Part shown: one piece after another, positions 14,004 to 28,442 of the stretch
Position numbering within the stretch: position 1 is the first letter of the stretch
Layout of the letters: every line of letters starts with the position of its first letter
NCBI GenBank assembly: GCA_964304625.1
Contig: OZ199840.1
Span: 467,084-531,083, forward strand
From: Kudoa neothunni
Lineage: Eukaryota; Animalia; Cnidaria
Length of the DNA: 64,000 nucleotides
Direction: 5' to 3'
Notes under the pieces: generated by a model
Databases searched by the model: none
Seen by the model: the letters and a program-made list of their open reading frames with translations, nothing else
Told to the model about the DNA's origin: nothing
Made by a program: the position numbers and the translations under genes

Positions 14004-14798
14004 TAGGGAATGAAATTTTTGATCGATTTAAACCGTCGATTTTATCAGGTTGGTTCGATGTTTATTTTTTCGGATTGTTTTGGAAAGCGCGCCTTAATAA
14101 GAATGTTTAGGAAAAGATGCGATTTGAATAATTATATTAAGGATTGAGTTAGTTCGGAAGTTAATTGAATGAATTTGTTTACAAATACAGCACTTAAAGT
14201 TACGTACAAAACCATGTGCGGAAACATATTGCGTTATCAAAGCATCATTCAATGCTAGAATCGTTAAAGCGTGTCTCTCCTGGCCCCTTTTATTATTTAA
14301 AGATCATAAAAATCAAAAAATAATGATATATCTTGTTCTAGTCGTGATGTATGGTGGGATTACCATTTAAAATAATAGAAAGTTACACAAGACCTAGAAG
14401 TGTTTCCTGAAAATATTGCCCTACAACACGCTTACTTTCTAATGTTGAAACTTTTGTTGAAAAGTACTTATTCAAATTTTTTAAAAAAGACTTTAGCAGC
14501 ATAAACTTGCCGACAATTTTTATGGATTCTTAAAATTACCGGTGTCTTCAATCACAATAACAATTTTTGTTAAGATTAGGCATGTTCTTTCACGAGACAG
14601 AATATCTCTTTCGAGAGGAAAAATCTCTATGGTATTATACTTATATTAAAATGGTGAAACTAAAATATAATTTTATTATATATTGTGTAATGTTAATTAG
14701 TATTTTTTGCGGCATTGAGATGTCTGCGCAGACATGCATAAAAGTCGATTTAAACCGTCGATTATTCCAAAAATAAACGTCGAAAATTACATTCCCTT
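14004..14798. mobile_element. hAT-type MITE
   Basis: TIRs TAGGGAATGAAATTTT / (rc) AAGGGAATGTAATTTT; 8-bp TSD GCTATAAA / GTTATAAA; subterminal repeat TCGATTTAAACCGTCGATT near both ends. Confidence 0.75.
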
Positions 14799-15486
14799 GT
14801 TATAAATAGTAAAAGTATTAATAGATTTAACTTCGTAAGGTAGTCAAATATAAGACAACTTTATTTTACTCATTTGCGCATGCTAAATATACATAAAATC
14901 CGTCTGTTGCTATGTAAATAACATATTGAAACAAATTATGATAATTTTTTTTACTTTGATAAAAATAATATTGTTCTACTTTAGAATAATATATTCTCTT
15001 TATATGAACGATTCTTATCTGTTTATCAATTTATCAAATATTCCATTATATCAATATTTTATGACAAATATGAATTTAGGATTCATCAAAATATACTTTT
15101 TAGTGACAAAATTTTGTTTTGAATATATAAAATAAGAATAATTTCCTATCACTTATATATAATTATATAAACATTGTATTTATTGTACTCCATGGACTTT
15201 AATTATAGTATTAAAACAAAATGATTCAATTAGATATAATATTTTATAATAATAAAAATAGCCGGAGAATTAATTTTTATAATTGTCTCGAAAATAATAA
15301 CTGTTTTATTTCTCCTAAAAGTAACGAGAAATTGCGAATTTTATAATAATTGTATTACGTGACTTAGCTTAATTTTATTTTTAATAATTTTTCTACCTTA
15401 CTCAATAAAATTCACAGAAATAAAATGGATATTTTATAGCTTTAAAAAATTCTCGCTTATTGTCGTATGCAGTCGCCATATTTTCA

Positions 15487-16193
15487 ATGCTGGACCCGCT
15501 GTATTTGGAGTTTATCGCACAGAACGAATTTGTCAATATAGTTCCAAATTTTACAGAGGACAAATGGCAGTTGTATAGCGTAATTTTTGGAAGCGTTGTG
15601 CAGAATAATTGGACCTATATTTAGCAAACCATTGGGCCATTTGAGGCGGGAATCGAACTTAGTGTACCAATTTGGGTGGCTATCAATTTGCGCAATTGTA
15701 AGAAATGCCGAATTATGCCTCCAACATGGCTGAATATGGAGGATTTGTTGAAAGCTATCGATAACGAGCGCAATAGTAGTCTTCTAATGCAACCACCTCA
15801 TTTATACTATCAAGAAATAGCTCATTTGTTATTTCGAAAGTAGTTTTACTGAAAATTGCAAATATTCTAATTGTTGATTTAGCGCATCAACCGACATATT
15901 GAATGCGGGTGAATTAGTTGTGGCGGTGAAAGATTTAAACGATGTTCGTCTCACAAAATTAAAAAAGTCCACCGATTATCTGATAGAAAATCGAGAGTCA
16001 TATGCTAGTGTACACTTTTTTCATCATTTTCAGCTAAAATTAATAATTGACATCATAGATCGATTACATAACACCCCTGGAGATTAACACTATAAGAGGT
16101 TCCATTTGTACTGTGATGAATTTTTCGCAAAAACTTCAAATGGAAATCAAACAATTCAAAAATCTCAATACAAACGATTCCACCGATAGATAA
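15487..16193 (+). CDS. GINS2: DNA replication complex GINS subunit Psf2; 4 exons
   Basis: MLDPLYLEFIAQNEFVNIVPNF..IGPFEAGIELSVPIWVAINLRNCKKCRIMPPTWL..VKDLNDVRLTKL..ITPLEINTIR are characteristic Psf2 motifs; canonical introns; stop TAA at 16191-16193. Confidence 0.93.
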
Positions 16194-17779
16194 TCATTAT
16201 TTTTATTCCGATAATTCAATGAGTTAATTGTGTAAAAAATATTTTTATTATATTGTCAATTATTTTGCGTTATATTCACAAAGAAAATTATGTATTTAAA
16301 ATAATTCTAATTTCTAAAATCAACAAGTAAAATTTACCTGGGCTAGCGGTCGATAACATGCGGCTCTCGATGCTTCAATCCGAATGATAACAAGATTTTA
16401 AAAAAATAAAAATAAGGAATAGCTTTTGAATGATCAATTGTATCATCCTCTTTATGTTTTAATCCAAATTCAAATCAAAATTAATTTGATTTTTTCAAAG
16501 ATTTTATTATTGGTTTGCAATGATTAGTTTTTGTCTTTAATGGTAGGGGTTATTTGTATGGTAAATTTTAATCCCAGCAATACTTACTCAAAAGAGGGTA
16601 TACAGATTCAATTTTCTGGAATCTGATTCATTTAGTCATTCCTGGCCCACCGCTTTGTAAATAATGACCAAAAATAGTCAAATGTAGTCAAAACTAGTGG
16701 AACATTATTAATATTTTCCTTCAAAATGTCCAAATAGAAACTGTCAACGTATCAATGATCTTTTTAAACTTGTGCAAAAGCTATTTTTAGTCCCAAAAGA
16801 ACTAATCTATTATGTGTAGTAAATGCAATTAGTATTATCGAATATGCCTTATTTATTTATTTCTGGTTATTAAAAGCTTAAGATTCGGTCAAAAATAATA
16901 TATTATAATAAAAATACGCACATTTCATTAAATTAGTTCGCGTCAATAGACATTTCCGACCAGAAGGGATGTATCAAAGATATTTTTGTTCTCGCATCCT
17001 CATAAAATACGTTAATTGTTTAAATATATATATAATTGCGGAAAGCAATTTTCTAAAATATTATAATCGCCTAGTTCGGAGAATGTTTATTATTTTTTAT
17101 GATGTCAGCAAACTAAAATTTCATGCGTTTTAAAAAATGGTTCTCTTGTCTGATTATTTGATCTTTTCTTTAACTGTTCTTACATAAAATAAAGTATTCC
17201 TACATCATTAATTAATTATTTTATTTATTTATACATTTTTATATTAGTTCATGTGATAGAAATGATAACCAGACATACTTTAACGTTATTAGGACAATTA
17301 AAGCAAATAGTGGGCCCGCTCTTAGAAAATATTAATTAGTTAATATTTTGTAAAAACCCATTAGATAACAGACCTATTAATCTTTATGTCATATTTTAAT
17401 GTGTGTATCGATCTAATTAAAATATTGAGTTTTTATATCAAACTTGAGCTTCTGGCGGGAAATTTGATAGCCCCTATAGTCAACTAGAAATTGAATGGTA
17501 TACATATAATTTATTTCATCACATCAAAATTGATAAGGCAATAAAAAGAAAAAATATCAGTAAATATAATGATTTGTTATTATTAATAAAGCTAACTTAT
17601 TAGTTATAACCAAGATTGGAAATTTTTGACGCTCTTTTTTTAAATCAACCGAAATAAAGAAAAAAATAAATTCAGCTTTTATCAACATTTATTTTAGAAT
17701 AAAAATTCATAGCTTACAACAAAATTGAGTGTAGAATTTTAATTTTAGTTATAATGGACCATTAAAATCGAGTATTGTA

Positions 17780-18650
17780 AGGCGCCCATCACAAGCATTG
17801 ATCCTTTCTTTTCCAAATATATTTCGCAATCTTGAGAAACTCCTTACAACATCAATTGAGGGAACGGGTAGCGACAATATATCATGACAAAGTCTCGAAT
17901 GAGTGACCCGAGCATTCCACACTTAATTACAGGAATTAATATTTAAGGGTCGAGTTGAATCTTTTATCATTTTACATAACATGTTGTACTCGTTATTAAC
18001 CTCAACCTTCTCTTGACTTTTTGGAAAATAACAAAGATCATTAACATTTAATTTATCAACAGTAATCAGAGTATTGGATCAATATATTTCATAGTTTGAA
18101 AAATTTTAAGAGAAGGAAAAGTTTCCTTAAAATTTTGGAGTATTCGTCGATTAATTTCTTCATTTGTAGCATCACACAAACTTTCTCATTTAAATATCAA
18201 ATTGTTTCAAGATTCAAATGGAAAAAGTTCAATATCTATGATTTTTGATCAAATTATTTCCCTTAATTAACAGAGTCATTTTTTATCGAATCAAAAATTC
18301 GATAAAAGACGATTCTCATTTGTTGGTATCAATTTTGAGAAATAATGCAAAGGAATAAGAGTATCAATTGAAAAAATTAATGAGAAGTTGAGCATAATAA
18401 GACCACCCTATTGTATCTCCAAAAATTCGCTGTCTTTTGCAATATATACTGACCGATAAATCCTCAATTGATTCTAAATTGTTTTACTCCTCAGGCAATC
18501 AGTCAATTCACGTCGCTCCCTTCAGATTCTCAAGCATTCCTTTTCGGCGGAAACCGATTTTTTAGACTAAGAATAATAAAACTTCGCTATTTTCCTCCAA
18601 TTCATCAGTTTAAATCAATTAAAATCGATTTTAATCGAAAATTTTAAACC
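17780..18650 (-). mobile_element. Degenerate hAT transposase remnant
   Basis: Minus strand about 17880-17795 reads ILSLPVPSIDVVRSFSRLRNIFGKERIN, matching the hAT C-terminal dimerisation domain; upstream sequence is broken by stops. Boundaries approximate. Confidence 0.55.
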
Positions 18651-18867
18651 TTCCTTGTAGCAATTAAATAAAAAATTATAAGTATTACTTAAAGAGATTA
18701 ATTTCCCCCCAAAATTATGATCTTGGTTAATTCATTTAATCAAATTAAGTGCAGTCATTATTATCCAAATAATTATATAATGGGAGATCAGCATTAAAAA
18801 TGAATAAAAATTATCAAACAATAAGAAAATGGCCATCACAACAACCACATAAAGAGTTAATGTGAAT

Positions 18868-19836
18868 TTATTTTAGCCTAGGATGATTTTGGTTTGGTTC
18901 GATGTAATCTTCAGTTTTGGAGATGGTAACGCCATTTTCGATACGTTCTACTGTTCTTTTACCGTTGACTATTGAACTAAAACGACACAATCAAAAAAAA
19001 AACCAACAATTAATTAACATTAATGAAAATACGTTCTAATTTCTGTGGTAACTCCATTTCGAGTATAAATCTGAGAGGAAGTGGAAACGCTATTCACATT
19101 GGCATTGCCAAAAAAGTTATTATTCATATTGGAGAGTGGATCTGAGAAAAATCTTACGCATAATTTTGTTTAAAATTGTGCCTTCATAACACTAACCCCT
19201 ACCTATTTTGAGTGCGGAACAATTGTCGTTGAGTTCCAAAAGGTTCATGCCAATTGGAAAACGCCCGACCCATATTAAGATCCATATCAAACATATTGTT
19301 AGTTGGATCCATGTTATTGAAGCCGAATCTATCTGTTGGGTTGAATATTGGATCGGTTTCGAAAAATGCCCTTCAAAATAAGCACACATCAATCGTGCAC
19401 AACAACCCATCCAACTACCTGAACACTTCAAAAGGATCATGAAAATTAAACCCAGATCTCTCGCTGCGAAAAGGAAAATCTCTTCCAAAAAAATCATCCA
19501 ATCCACCGACATCATCACCAACCCCACCATAACGATCATACGTGGAACGTTTCTTATCTAAACACTTTTCCAGCACAAAAAAACACACTCCAACTCACCA
19601 TCAGATAAAACCTCATAGGCTCGAGATATTTTTTTAAATTGATCTTCTGCTTTTGCTTTATTCTCGTTGTTGTGTTTATCTGGATGCCATCTCAACGCAA
19701 GAGTTCGATATCTACACACCAAGTCATGCATTGCTAAGCGATTCAAATTGCTTAATTACGCCTTTTTAATCTCTACCTTTGAGGCAGACCTTGCAACTCC
19801 TAGTATCTCATAATAATCTTCGCGAGACCTACTCAT
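18868..19836 (-). CDS. DNAJB6: DnaJ/Hsp40 class B co-chaperone, DNAJB6/B2/B8-like; 6 exons
   Basis: [44 protein letters not shown] (J-domain with HPD); G/F region with [12 protein letters not shown]; C-terminal [20 protein letters not shown]. Exact paralog within the subfamily uncertain. Confidence 0.85.
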
Positions 19837-22800
19837 TACAGCTCATATTGCGCCTGCGCACTTGAGTTATTCCAACTTGACTTGAGAATAAATCCAACAT
19901 TCTCAAATTGATCCATCTGTATAATATATTCATCTTCAACACGAAGGAAAATTCTTTGATTACATTAGATCAAATGACTACGTATCTAATGATTTTATAG
20001 TTGTTCTTAACGATATGTGTTTATTTTGCGATTAAATTTTTCCTCTCTAAACCTTGTTTACTCTATTTGAATATGGAGTTATATTATTAGCTAATTAAAT
20101 TAATTATTATTTATAAATTTTAATTTTGTTTATAAATAATAATTTATATTTTATTATATTATATTTTATGTTTTGGGTGTGCTAATAATCTATTGTTTTT
20201 AAATTTATTTTGCGTAGAAAAACATTTGAAATGAGTTAACGATATTCATCTTTACTATGGAGATGTTGCACGCCATACAAATGCATAAATAAATGAAATA
20301 TCTTATTATTGATCCTGTCTGCGCGTGCTCAAAATATATTTATTATATCAATATGAACCTAGGAGTTTCCAACAAACTGTTTCGGACATAAATATTTTTA
20401 GTTTAGATATTAATAAAAATTCTTGATAAGTTTTATCGTCGAATTGTAAAATATTATTTTTCTGAAAAATTTTTCGTCACAAAATAATCCCTCCAACTCT
20501 ACTGGGGGTCATTGAATTCTTCTAAAACACTATCTACGTCATTATCAATGTTATCACTATTCGCGTAATTATTTGTTGATATGACCATACTTTTATGGGA
20601 TTTTTAAAAATATTTTATTGTTTTATTCATACCTAAATTATTTTATATTAATACACTAAATTTATTATTTTAGATAGAATATAAACTAAATTTTATATTG
20701 TAGTCATAGAAATTACTGTGACCAAATATTGTTCGTGTCCGAACAATTTTTTATTTCATTTTGCGATTTGTTCGTTTTATTCATTATTAATCATTACAAT
20801 GTATTCAAAAGAACATATTTTATGTGAATGATTTTATAGATTCCAATAAGGATAGTGAAAAAATGAGTAAATAAATCACGCGCCTTTATTACATTTATGG
20901 CACATGCGTCATCGTACACCGAAAATTTTATGTTTCTTGTAATTATTATAATACTCCTTTTTTACTTTAAAATATAAATCGATATAAGAAACTCTCATTT
21001 TTTATTATATTAACTTAAACCGTGATTGGCTTCAAATTTCAGGGTTTTTACTATTGTAGACTGAAACTTATATGAATAAATTCGTGAGTTTCAAATCAGT
21101 TTTAACAAATACCATATAGGAATTCAAAAATATTAAGCTGTTTGCTAGAATTAAAATTAGAGAATTTTAATTTTTAAATAATATTTTAGGTTGGGTGCTT
21201 TATTGATCCTGACTAGCGAAACATTTATTTACATTTTAATTGATTCCTAAACAATCATTTAATATAATTTGGAAAATATAATGAGAAAAGTTTTATAAAT
21301 ATTTTGTCTGTGTTTTCTTTAAAGACAAAATTTTCTATTATCATTATAATTTTCAACAACTCTATTGACGATTTGGAATAGAGAATTGAAGCATTTCAGG
21401 CGACCTTTATAAATCTATATTATGTAATCGTTAGGTGGGTGAAATAAATTGATTCCGTAGTTTACAACTATTAAATAATTATAATTATATTGGGTTGAGC
21501 ATTTTTTAATCGTCCATAGCTCTATTGATACTTTATCTCACAATATGAATTTTATTTCAATAATCAAAAATCTTTTTAATAGCTTCATTTAATGATTATA
21601 TTAAAAATAAAATTTTAAATACCTTGCTTGAATTCAAATATACATTTAACCAGAAAATTATAGGAATATATTATTATTATTATTATTATCGTATCCTATT
21701 GTCATTAAATTGGGTTCTTTCACTTAAATTAAATGTTGTTGGTTTAGTTAAATTCGGATTAAAATTAAATATTAGCAATAAACTATTGGGATCTAATTAT
21801 TTTATTTACTGGGTCGTGTTCACCTGCGTAATCATACTTTATGTATAATTCATGGAAATATTTGTCTAATTTTTATTTATCATCCGCGCGATCTCTGAAT
21901 TTAAGAAATCACACTCATTATGCGTTTTAATAATTTGATAATAATTTTAAAATGAACAAAAACAGTTATTATATCCGAAAAATTAACTTTCATAGAATTT
22001 TATGTAAGGTCAAAATATTTATAGCACGAATTATTTTTAGGAGGACATCTATCATAAATGTTGTGTGGATGTCCGCCTTTTTCACTTTCAATCCTCATAT
22101 ATCCAATTATAATTGATATAAAATGTTAATTTTTATTATCTCAGATATTTAATTATTTCTAATCCAACGCTATGCTTCATTATGTCAATTATAGTCTAAC
22201 ATCGATCAAACTAGTCATAGCTTAATATTTTTGTCTGTAAGGCAGTTAATTCAAAAATTTTTTGACAATGCGTATTTACGACACCCAAGCTCAGTTTAAT
22301 CCAAATATACGTAGAAAACAAAACGATTAAATGTGCTATATTTGACCAAAATATTAATTGTAAGTTGAAGTTGACACATTTTTTTTATTTTCACCATAAA
22401 TATCAAATTTTATGTTAGACTTTGACATATTTTAATAATTGTTATATTCTGTCATTTACAATTTTATAGATTAATTATCAACGGTGAGCATTCACATGAT
22501 CCTAGGCAACAACTAATGTACATATTTGTTGATAAAACTATTATAAAAATTTGAAATAACGCCATTTTCATCATTTTAATTTATTTCAAAGCGTAATTGT
22601 AATGTATTCTATAAAATTATTTTCTTATAACTTAAAAATATTCATATATATATATATTTGAAATGTGGTTTTAATCCAAAAAAGTTATACAGAGATTATT
22701 GATATGTATTTTCTAATAAATCATTACTACAATTATTTATAATTTTATAATATATCAACCTCATGGAAAAATATGAATATATTAAAATTCGATCTGTTGT

Positions 22801-23036
22801 ATTTCTATTTAAAATCTTCAGCTTTTAATATTTATATATAATAAAAATCTATTTATTGTAACTCATTTTAAAAATTTTAATCATGAATATTTTCCTATTT
22901 GAATTTTTTCGAAAATGAGAATTTGACATTAAAATTTGCAGCACATGCATCAAAAAATTGATTTGTATAAGCAGGTTGATTATACTAACCGACTGTTAAT
23001 TAATCGGATGCAAAATACACTTGTAGTGTATATTAA

Positions 23037-25117
23037 CCGTCTAAGGTTTTTGGGGTGTAATACTGTAATACACCCCAAGGTGAATTTAAAACAAGCATAT
23101 CATCCGCTGTAAACAACCGAACAACTTATAAATCATGGTATTCCTGTAAAAACATTTGTAATATATGATAATACTTGAAATATAAAAATTTACCGAAAAT
23201 ATACATTTTTTTGGAAGATTATCCTCTGAGGTTTTTTGGGTGTGTTTAACCCCAGATTTTTTTCCTTTTAAAAAGACAAGTATATTATTTTAAACGTAAA
23301 ATAAAAGTTTCTGTTATTTTAAATGGTTGGATAACTACAAAAATCATACTTGAAATAATCGTTTTCGTTCGCGCGCGCGAGGGGTTGTTGAATATTTGGC
23401 GCGAATAGTTTCCGCTATTTTAGTGATGAATGCTGTTTATATGGTAATGATCATAATGATTTTGTCAACGAAAATCTTGAAGTCAATTAATACGATCGAT
23501 TTAAAATAAAAACATTTGAAGATTGTTGTATTCTTTTTTCAATGAAGAATTATATGCAACAATCATGAAATACACTAACATTTTTTGCAGAAAATATTTT
23601 AAACATGATTCGTTTGATATGGACAGCGTTAAATCTAGGGGTTACTTTAGTCTTATTATACCTATGGGAACGTATAAGAATCGGCGAGAGCTTTTATGTG
23701 TAATTTTCAGATTATTTTTCAGTGTCAAGAAAGGCGGGAAAATGTACATTCGACATTTTTCACTTCGTTGATTCTGACAGATTACTCGATAAATCCATTT
23801 TTATGATTTTGAAAGCAGGGTTAAGCTAAAAGAAACAAATTATTTTAGCGATGTGAGATATGGAATGCGTGGATAACTGTATTGCACAAATTTATTATTC
23901 CCAGTCATGACGTTACGATAGACGAACTCTTGCTTCGTTTTGATTATGGGGGAGATATCCGTTTTTATAATATATGTCGATGAAACTGACGAAATATTGT
24001 CGGAAATTTTTCTTTTTTATTGACAAGAAATCTGTGGCTTGAACATCATGATCTATTTGAGGAGGAATAATTTTGACAGTACAAGACAATTTAAGATTTT
24101 TTAAAGCGTAGTTCTTTCCCTATCGGCCCTGCTTTTTTATTCTGACCGAAACGTAGTAGTTGATGATTTTTATCTTCATCTGCGTTCGTCGAAAAATTGA
24201 TAGATAAAAAGCTCGCTTTCTTAGGAACAATTTCGTATTTTATAAAAATTATGCGATGGTTTCGTCTGTATACAAAAAACCGAAGGCTGTCATTCGTTTG
24301 GCAGATGACATCGCAAATTAGTCTTTATCTGATGAAAAATAAAAGTTTAAGCCTACGTATATCTCGAACTATAACCGAACTCAAGGCGGAATTGATAACA
24401 GATCGAATGCTTGAACCTGTTTCAACGCGCTTGCTTACGATGGGATGTCCGTTATGTCTTTTAATATTATTAAAAAACAATATTATTAAAAAACATAATT
24501 AGTTAATGATCTGGCGTTATATAAGAATATCCAAGGCTTATATAAAGAAAAACAGGCCTACATTTCTAAAGGAAATTCTTCAATGTTTCCACTATCCTCT
24601 TCCTCTCTAGAAAAATACCCACCATAATCATAAAATGTATACCAGAAAGAGACCTCGCTTCGAAAAAAGCGGACGTTAGCAATCTAAATCAATTTAGATG
24701 TGAGTTCTGAGGAAGAAAAAAGACAGCGAAACTTCAAAATTGTGGAAATCCTGTTTCAAACATTATTGCTCCTAACATTCATCTAACACTTGTTTTAGAT
24801 GTAAACAATTGCGGAAAATATTTAATTTAACAATTTTTTGGAAATCATGTAATAGACTATTTTTATTAGGAAAAAATATTATAGTTCAATTACCGGCCAT
24901 ATACGATACATGACTTGCTCCATAAAATTAATAAATCGAAATAACGCGCGTAAATTCTCATGTATTTATATTTATTAGGGTTTCACCCAATGGATTTTTC
25001 TCGTAAATTACAAACAAAGTTTTTATAATTTTTCATATATATTCGATGAATAAAAATGTGGGGTTAATTACACCCGAAAAACCTTAGTGGGATATCGATT
25101 TTCGGATCGTTAGAGGG
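23037..25117 (+). mobile_element. piggyBac DNA transposon, heavily decayed transposase
   Basis: TTAA-CCGTCTAAGGTTTTTGGGGTG at 23033, matching inverted CACCCGAAAAACCTTAGTGGG (about 25071) and terminal TTAGAGGG-TTAT. Remnant DVTIDELLLRF (about 23910) resembles the piggyBac LTVDEQL motif. Confidence 0.75.
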
Positions 25118-25399
25118 TTATAGACAGCGTGAAATTTATACACGATTATAATACATACGAACGTGATTTTATTTAATTTCCATTTTTCCCGTGATTTGAT
25201 TGTAATGACTAACAAAAATTTTTTAGGTCATTTTAACTTTTCAAATCGTTATAATTAGACCATGCAATTTTCGATTCGAATAAAAGTGCCGGCTTTTATT
25301 TATATGGAACGAAAACGCCGATTTTGAGACTAAATTATTGTATTCGCTTAATGTTACCCTTGAAAAAAACAACCAAGAACACTACGGCACGCGAGTATT

Positions 25400-27128
25400 C
25401 GGTGATACACATGGTAAATCAAGGAATTAACACAAAGAAGCGTGGATATAGGAAGTAAACGCAGAGAAATTGGCGAGTATTTGCTTGAATCGAACGATTT
25501 GGAAGTGGCTGGAGATTCCCTATGTTGTAAATGCTGCAAGATAATCTTGCAGTATTTAAACGAAATAGAATTCAGGAACATATTGGTTCACAAAAGCACA
25601 TATTCATAAAAGCAAGTTTAAATAATACGATCTCCATCAAAAATATTTTGCATTGTGACAAATCCAACTTGACTGAAATTGAAATGGATTTAGTTGAAAT
25701 ATCATTTTTGACGGTATCCTATTTAGTTCAATCAATAAAGGTAGTTGTTTCAGATCTTTTATTTCCAAATGTTGCCCTGCATCGAGGTCATTATCTGATG
25801 GAAGATCTCTTATCGATAGACACCTACCTGCAATATTCCTAGATTGTGTAAGTGACATTAAAGCAACATTGAAGGGTCTTAGATTTAGCTTGATTATTGA
25901 TGAATCACCTGACATAAAGAACAAACCTGTTTTTAACACACCATCATATTACTACGATCATGATTCAAATACAAAAAAACAATTATGCTCGACTCTTCAA
26001 GACTTTTACAGTGTAATTCTGTCGTCGTCAAAAATCAGTTATCAACGGTAATAAAACGTTACAACTTATCATGAGATAACTGCATTGCGATTATTTCGGA
26101 TTTGGCACCATATATGGAACGATTCTTTAAGAAATACAAGACAATATATCCACACATCATATGTATTCCATTCTACTCTCATTTAATTCATCTCGTTGTT
26201 CTCGAAGCGGATGGTATTCATTTCATGAATATTAAAAAGTTTTGCATGAAGTTTTCAGCTCTTTTAGCAAAATATGTGTTTATGATTCACCCCAAAAATA
26301 ATAACTTGAATGTTTCAAAGAAATACCCCGTGTAATAGCTATCCGTTGGTACAGTCTCTCTAACTGCTTAAAGCAGATAAAAGAATATTTTCCAGCTGTT
26401 GTTGACTTTCTAAGCCAGATTAAATTGAAGAATTCGACAAGAAATTAAATGAATTGTTCGAAATCAATCCGAAAAATTTAAATCTCATTTTTGTTTGGAT
26501 ATGTTGATTGAACACCTTTCGCTTTTGATTGAATATTCTAAGTTTATTGAAACTAGAAAAAATTTATGTTTCACAAGTATATTTGATTGTATATTGGATA
26601 ACCGAATGTTTTGATATTAAAAAAATAATTTTTTTGAAATCCTTGGAATAATCCCCTTTGACGTTCGAAGTGACTTGATCAGAAGACCTGAATGCTTACG
26701 TAGTAAGATTGTCCGAGACCTCCATCAATACATATCAAATAGTATCAGCGAATGTTTCCCATCAGCCACCTTTCTAGAGACAGTGAGACACATCAATCCA
26801 AACAATAATATATCAATTACAAACATCAATATTGAAGATCATTGTTGTTCAATTCAGACAGAAGATAAATCGGAAATTAGAAATGAATACAATTTTCTTT
26901 GTAAAATTCTCCAAACCCCCATCCAATTTGCTGATATCGATTTTTGGCGGAAAGATCAAGCGTTTGTCCCTTACTATCAAAAATTGTTCGAGATTTACTA
27001 GCGATACTTGTATCGTCCACAATTTTGGAGGATACAGTTTTTCAACGATGAATCAAATCTTTGGAAAACACCGGATGAGCTTATCTAATGAGCGCTTAAC
27101 TATGTTGTCTATTTTAAACTTCAAATGA
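25400..27128 (+). mobile_element. Degenerate hAT transposase pseudogene
   Basis: Zn-finger-like CKCC..KRNRIQEHIGSQKH, FSLIIDESPD (first catalytic Asp), C..YSHLIHLV, and FSTMNQIFGKHRMSLSNERL (dimerisation domain), split over several frames. Confidence 0.75.
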
Positions 27129-27462
27129 CCATCAATACTTTAACCATTATTGTTAACATTATAGTATTTCGTCGTTTTATGTATTTATTGATCGATAGAA
27201 GCCATTCTTCTTTTGTTTGTATAATAAGCGTCGAAAATTGTATGTTCTAGTTATAACATATTATTCTACTTAATATATTATCTTCGAACTTCAAACAAAC
27301 AGACTATTTCGCATGATAGAATTATATCTGTAAACTTCCCACAACTATAAACGACTTAACTGGGGATACAAATAATTGATATCATGAAGTCAATCTAGAT
27401 TTTATTCTTTCATCAATAACAATTTAACATATTATTATAGAAACGAGTTAGAAAGTGTAATA

Positions 27463-27494
<32 letters not shown>

Positions 27495-28407
27495 CCAAAT
27501 TGGTTGCTCGGTAGTTGGAATATTATATAAAGTTAGAAAATCTTATATGGGTTATACAATGAGAGAAATCTAATTTTCAATATTTGAACACCATGCTATT
27601 TGGAGTAAAGATTAATTCGTAATATAAGCCAACAAAAAAAAGTGGATCTAAGTCGAATATTTTTTAATTCACCTTTTATTATTTTGTGTGGACATAAAGC
27701 TAAATGTTGGATCCCAGGTAGTGATGGCATTTATAATCTCCAGATTACGTAACATTAACAATGTCTTATCGAATAGCACCATATCATAAGACACAATGTA
27801 ATCGGCTTAACGACGTATTAGTTGGTGTCTTATTTAAATCGGTAGCATTGTTGTGGATAAATTCATTATGACCACAAAAGTATCCCCTCCCAATTATATT
27901 TTATTGGAGGTTATATTGCGAAGTATATATACAAAGTTGACCAACCTTGTAACTGGTATTAGTCAGATATTGGATTAGCAGCAGTATATCGGTCAATTTC
28001 ATTCGTAATTGTGGCCTAACAAAAGGATGTGTAGAGGATTAGTAGTGGTTGACATTTAAAGGCGACTATATTATGTTAAGCTCACCTAATATTTATTCTA
28101 AGAATTAGTAGTGCCAACGATTTTATACCTGATTCTACTCAATTTTTAGATCGGTCAATCATATATAAATAGAGAAAAATTATATTATCATTTTTTTCCA
28201 GAATGAACAAGTATTAATTCATATAAAAAATAATTCTCACATTTCATTAAAATAACTATATAATTTGAAACAATTATAATGTCAGTTTTATAGAACAATG
28301 GTTCTTATTGTCGAATACAACCTGTATAAAATGCATAATAAAAATTAACCTAACGGTCCTTTATTTGGTTTCACATTAAACATCGTACACTTTGAGACCA
28401 CCTACGC

Positions 28408-28410
<3 letters not shown>

Positions 28411-28439
<29 letters not shown>
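28411..28439. repeat. (TG)n microsatellite
   Basis: Direct observation. (TA)n runs also occur near 11719, 27469, 33506 and 51247. Confidence 0.95.

Positions 28440-28442
<3 letters not shown>

Noticed and set aside
16544-17476. hAT-like TIR pair TAGGGGTTAT / ATAGCCCCTA
   Set aside because: Short match with no 8-bp TSD.
20900-21560. Possible mariner transposase relic (also about 45300-45900)
   Set aside because: Only faint resemblance to the CVWWD and HPPYSPD motifs and no TIR pair found.
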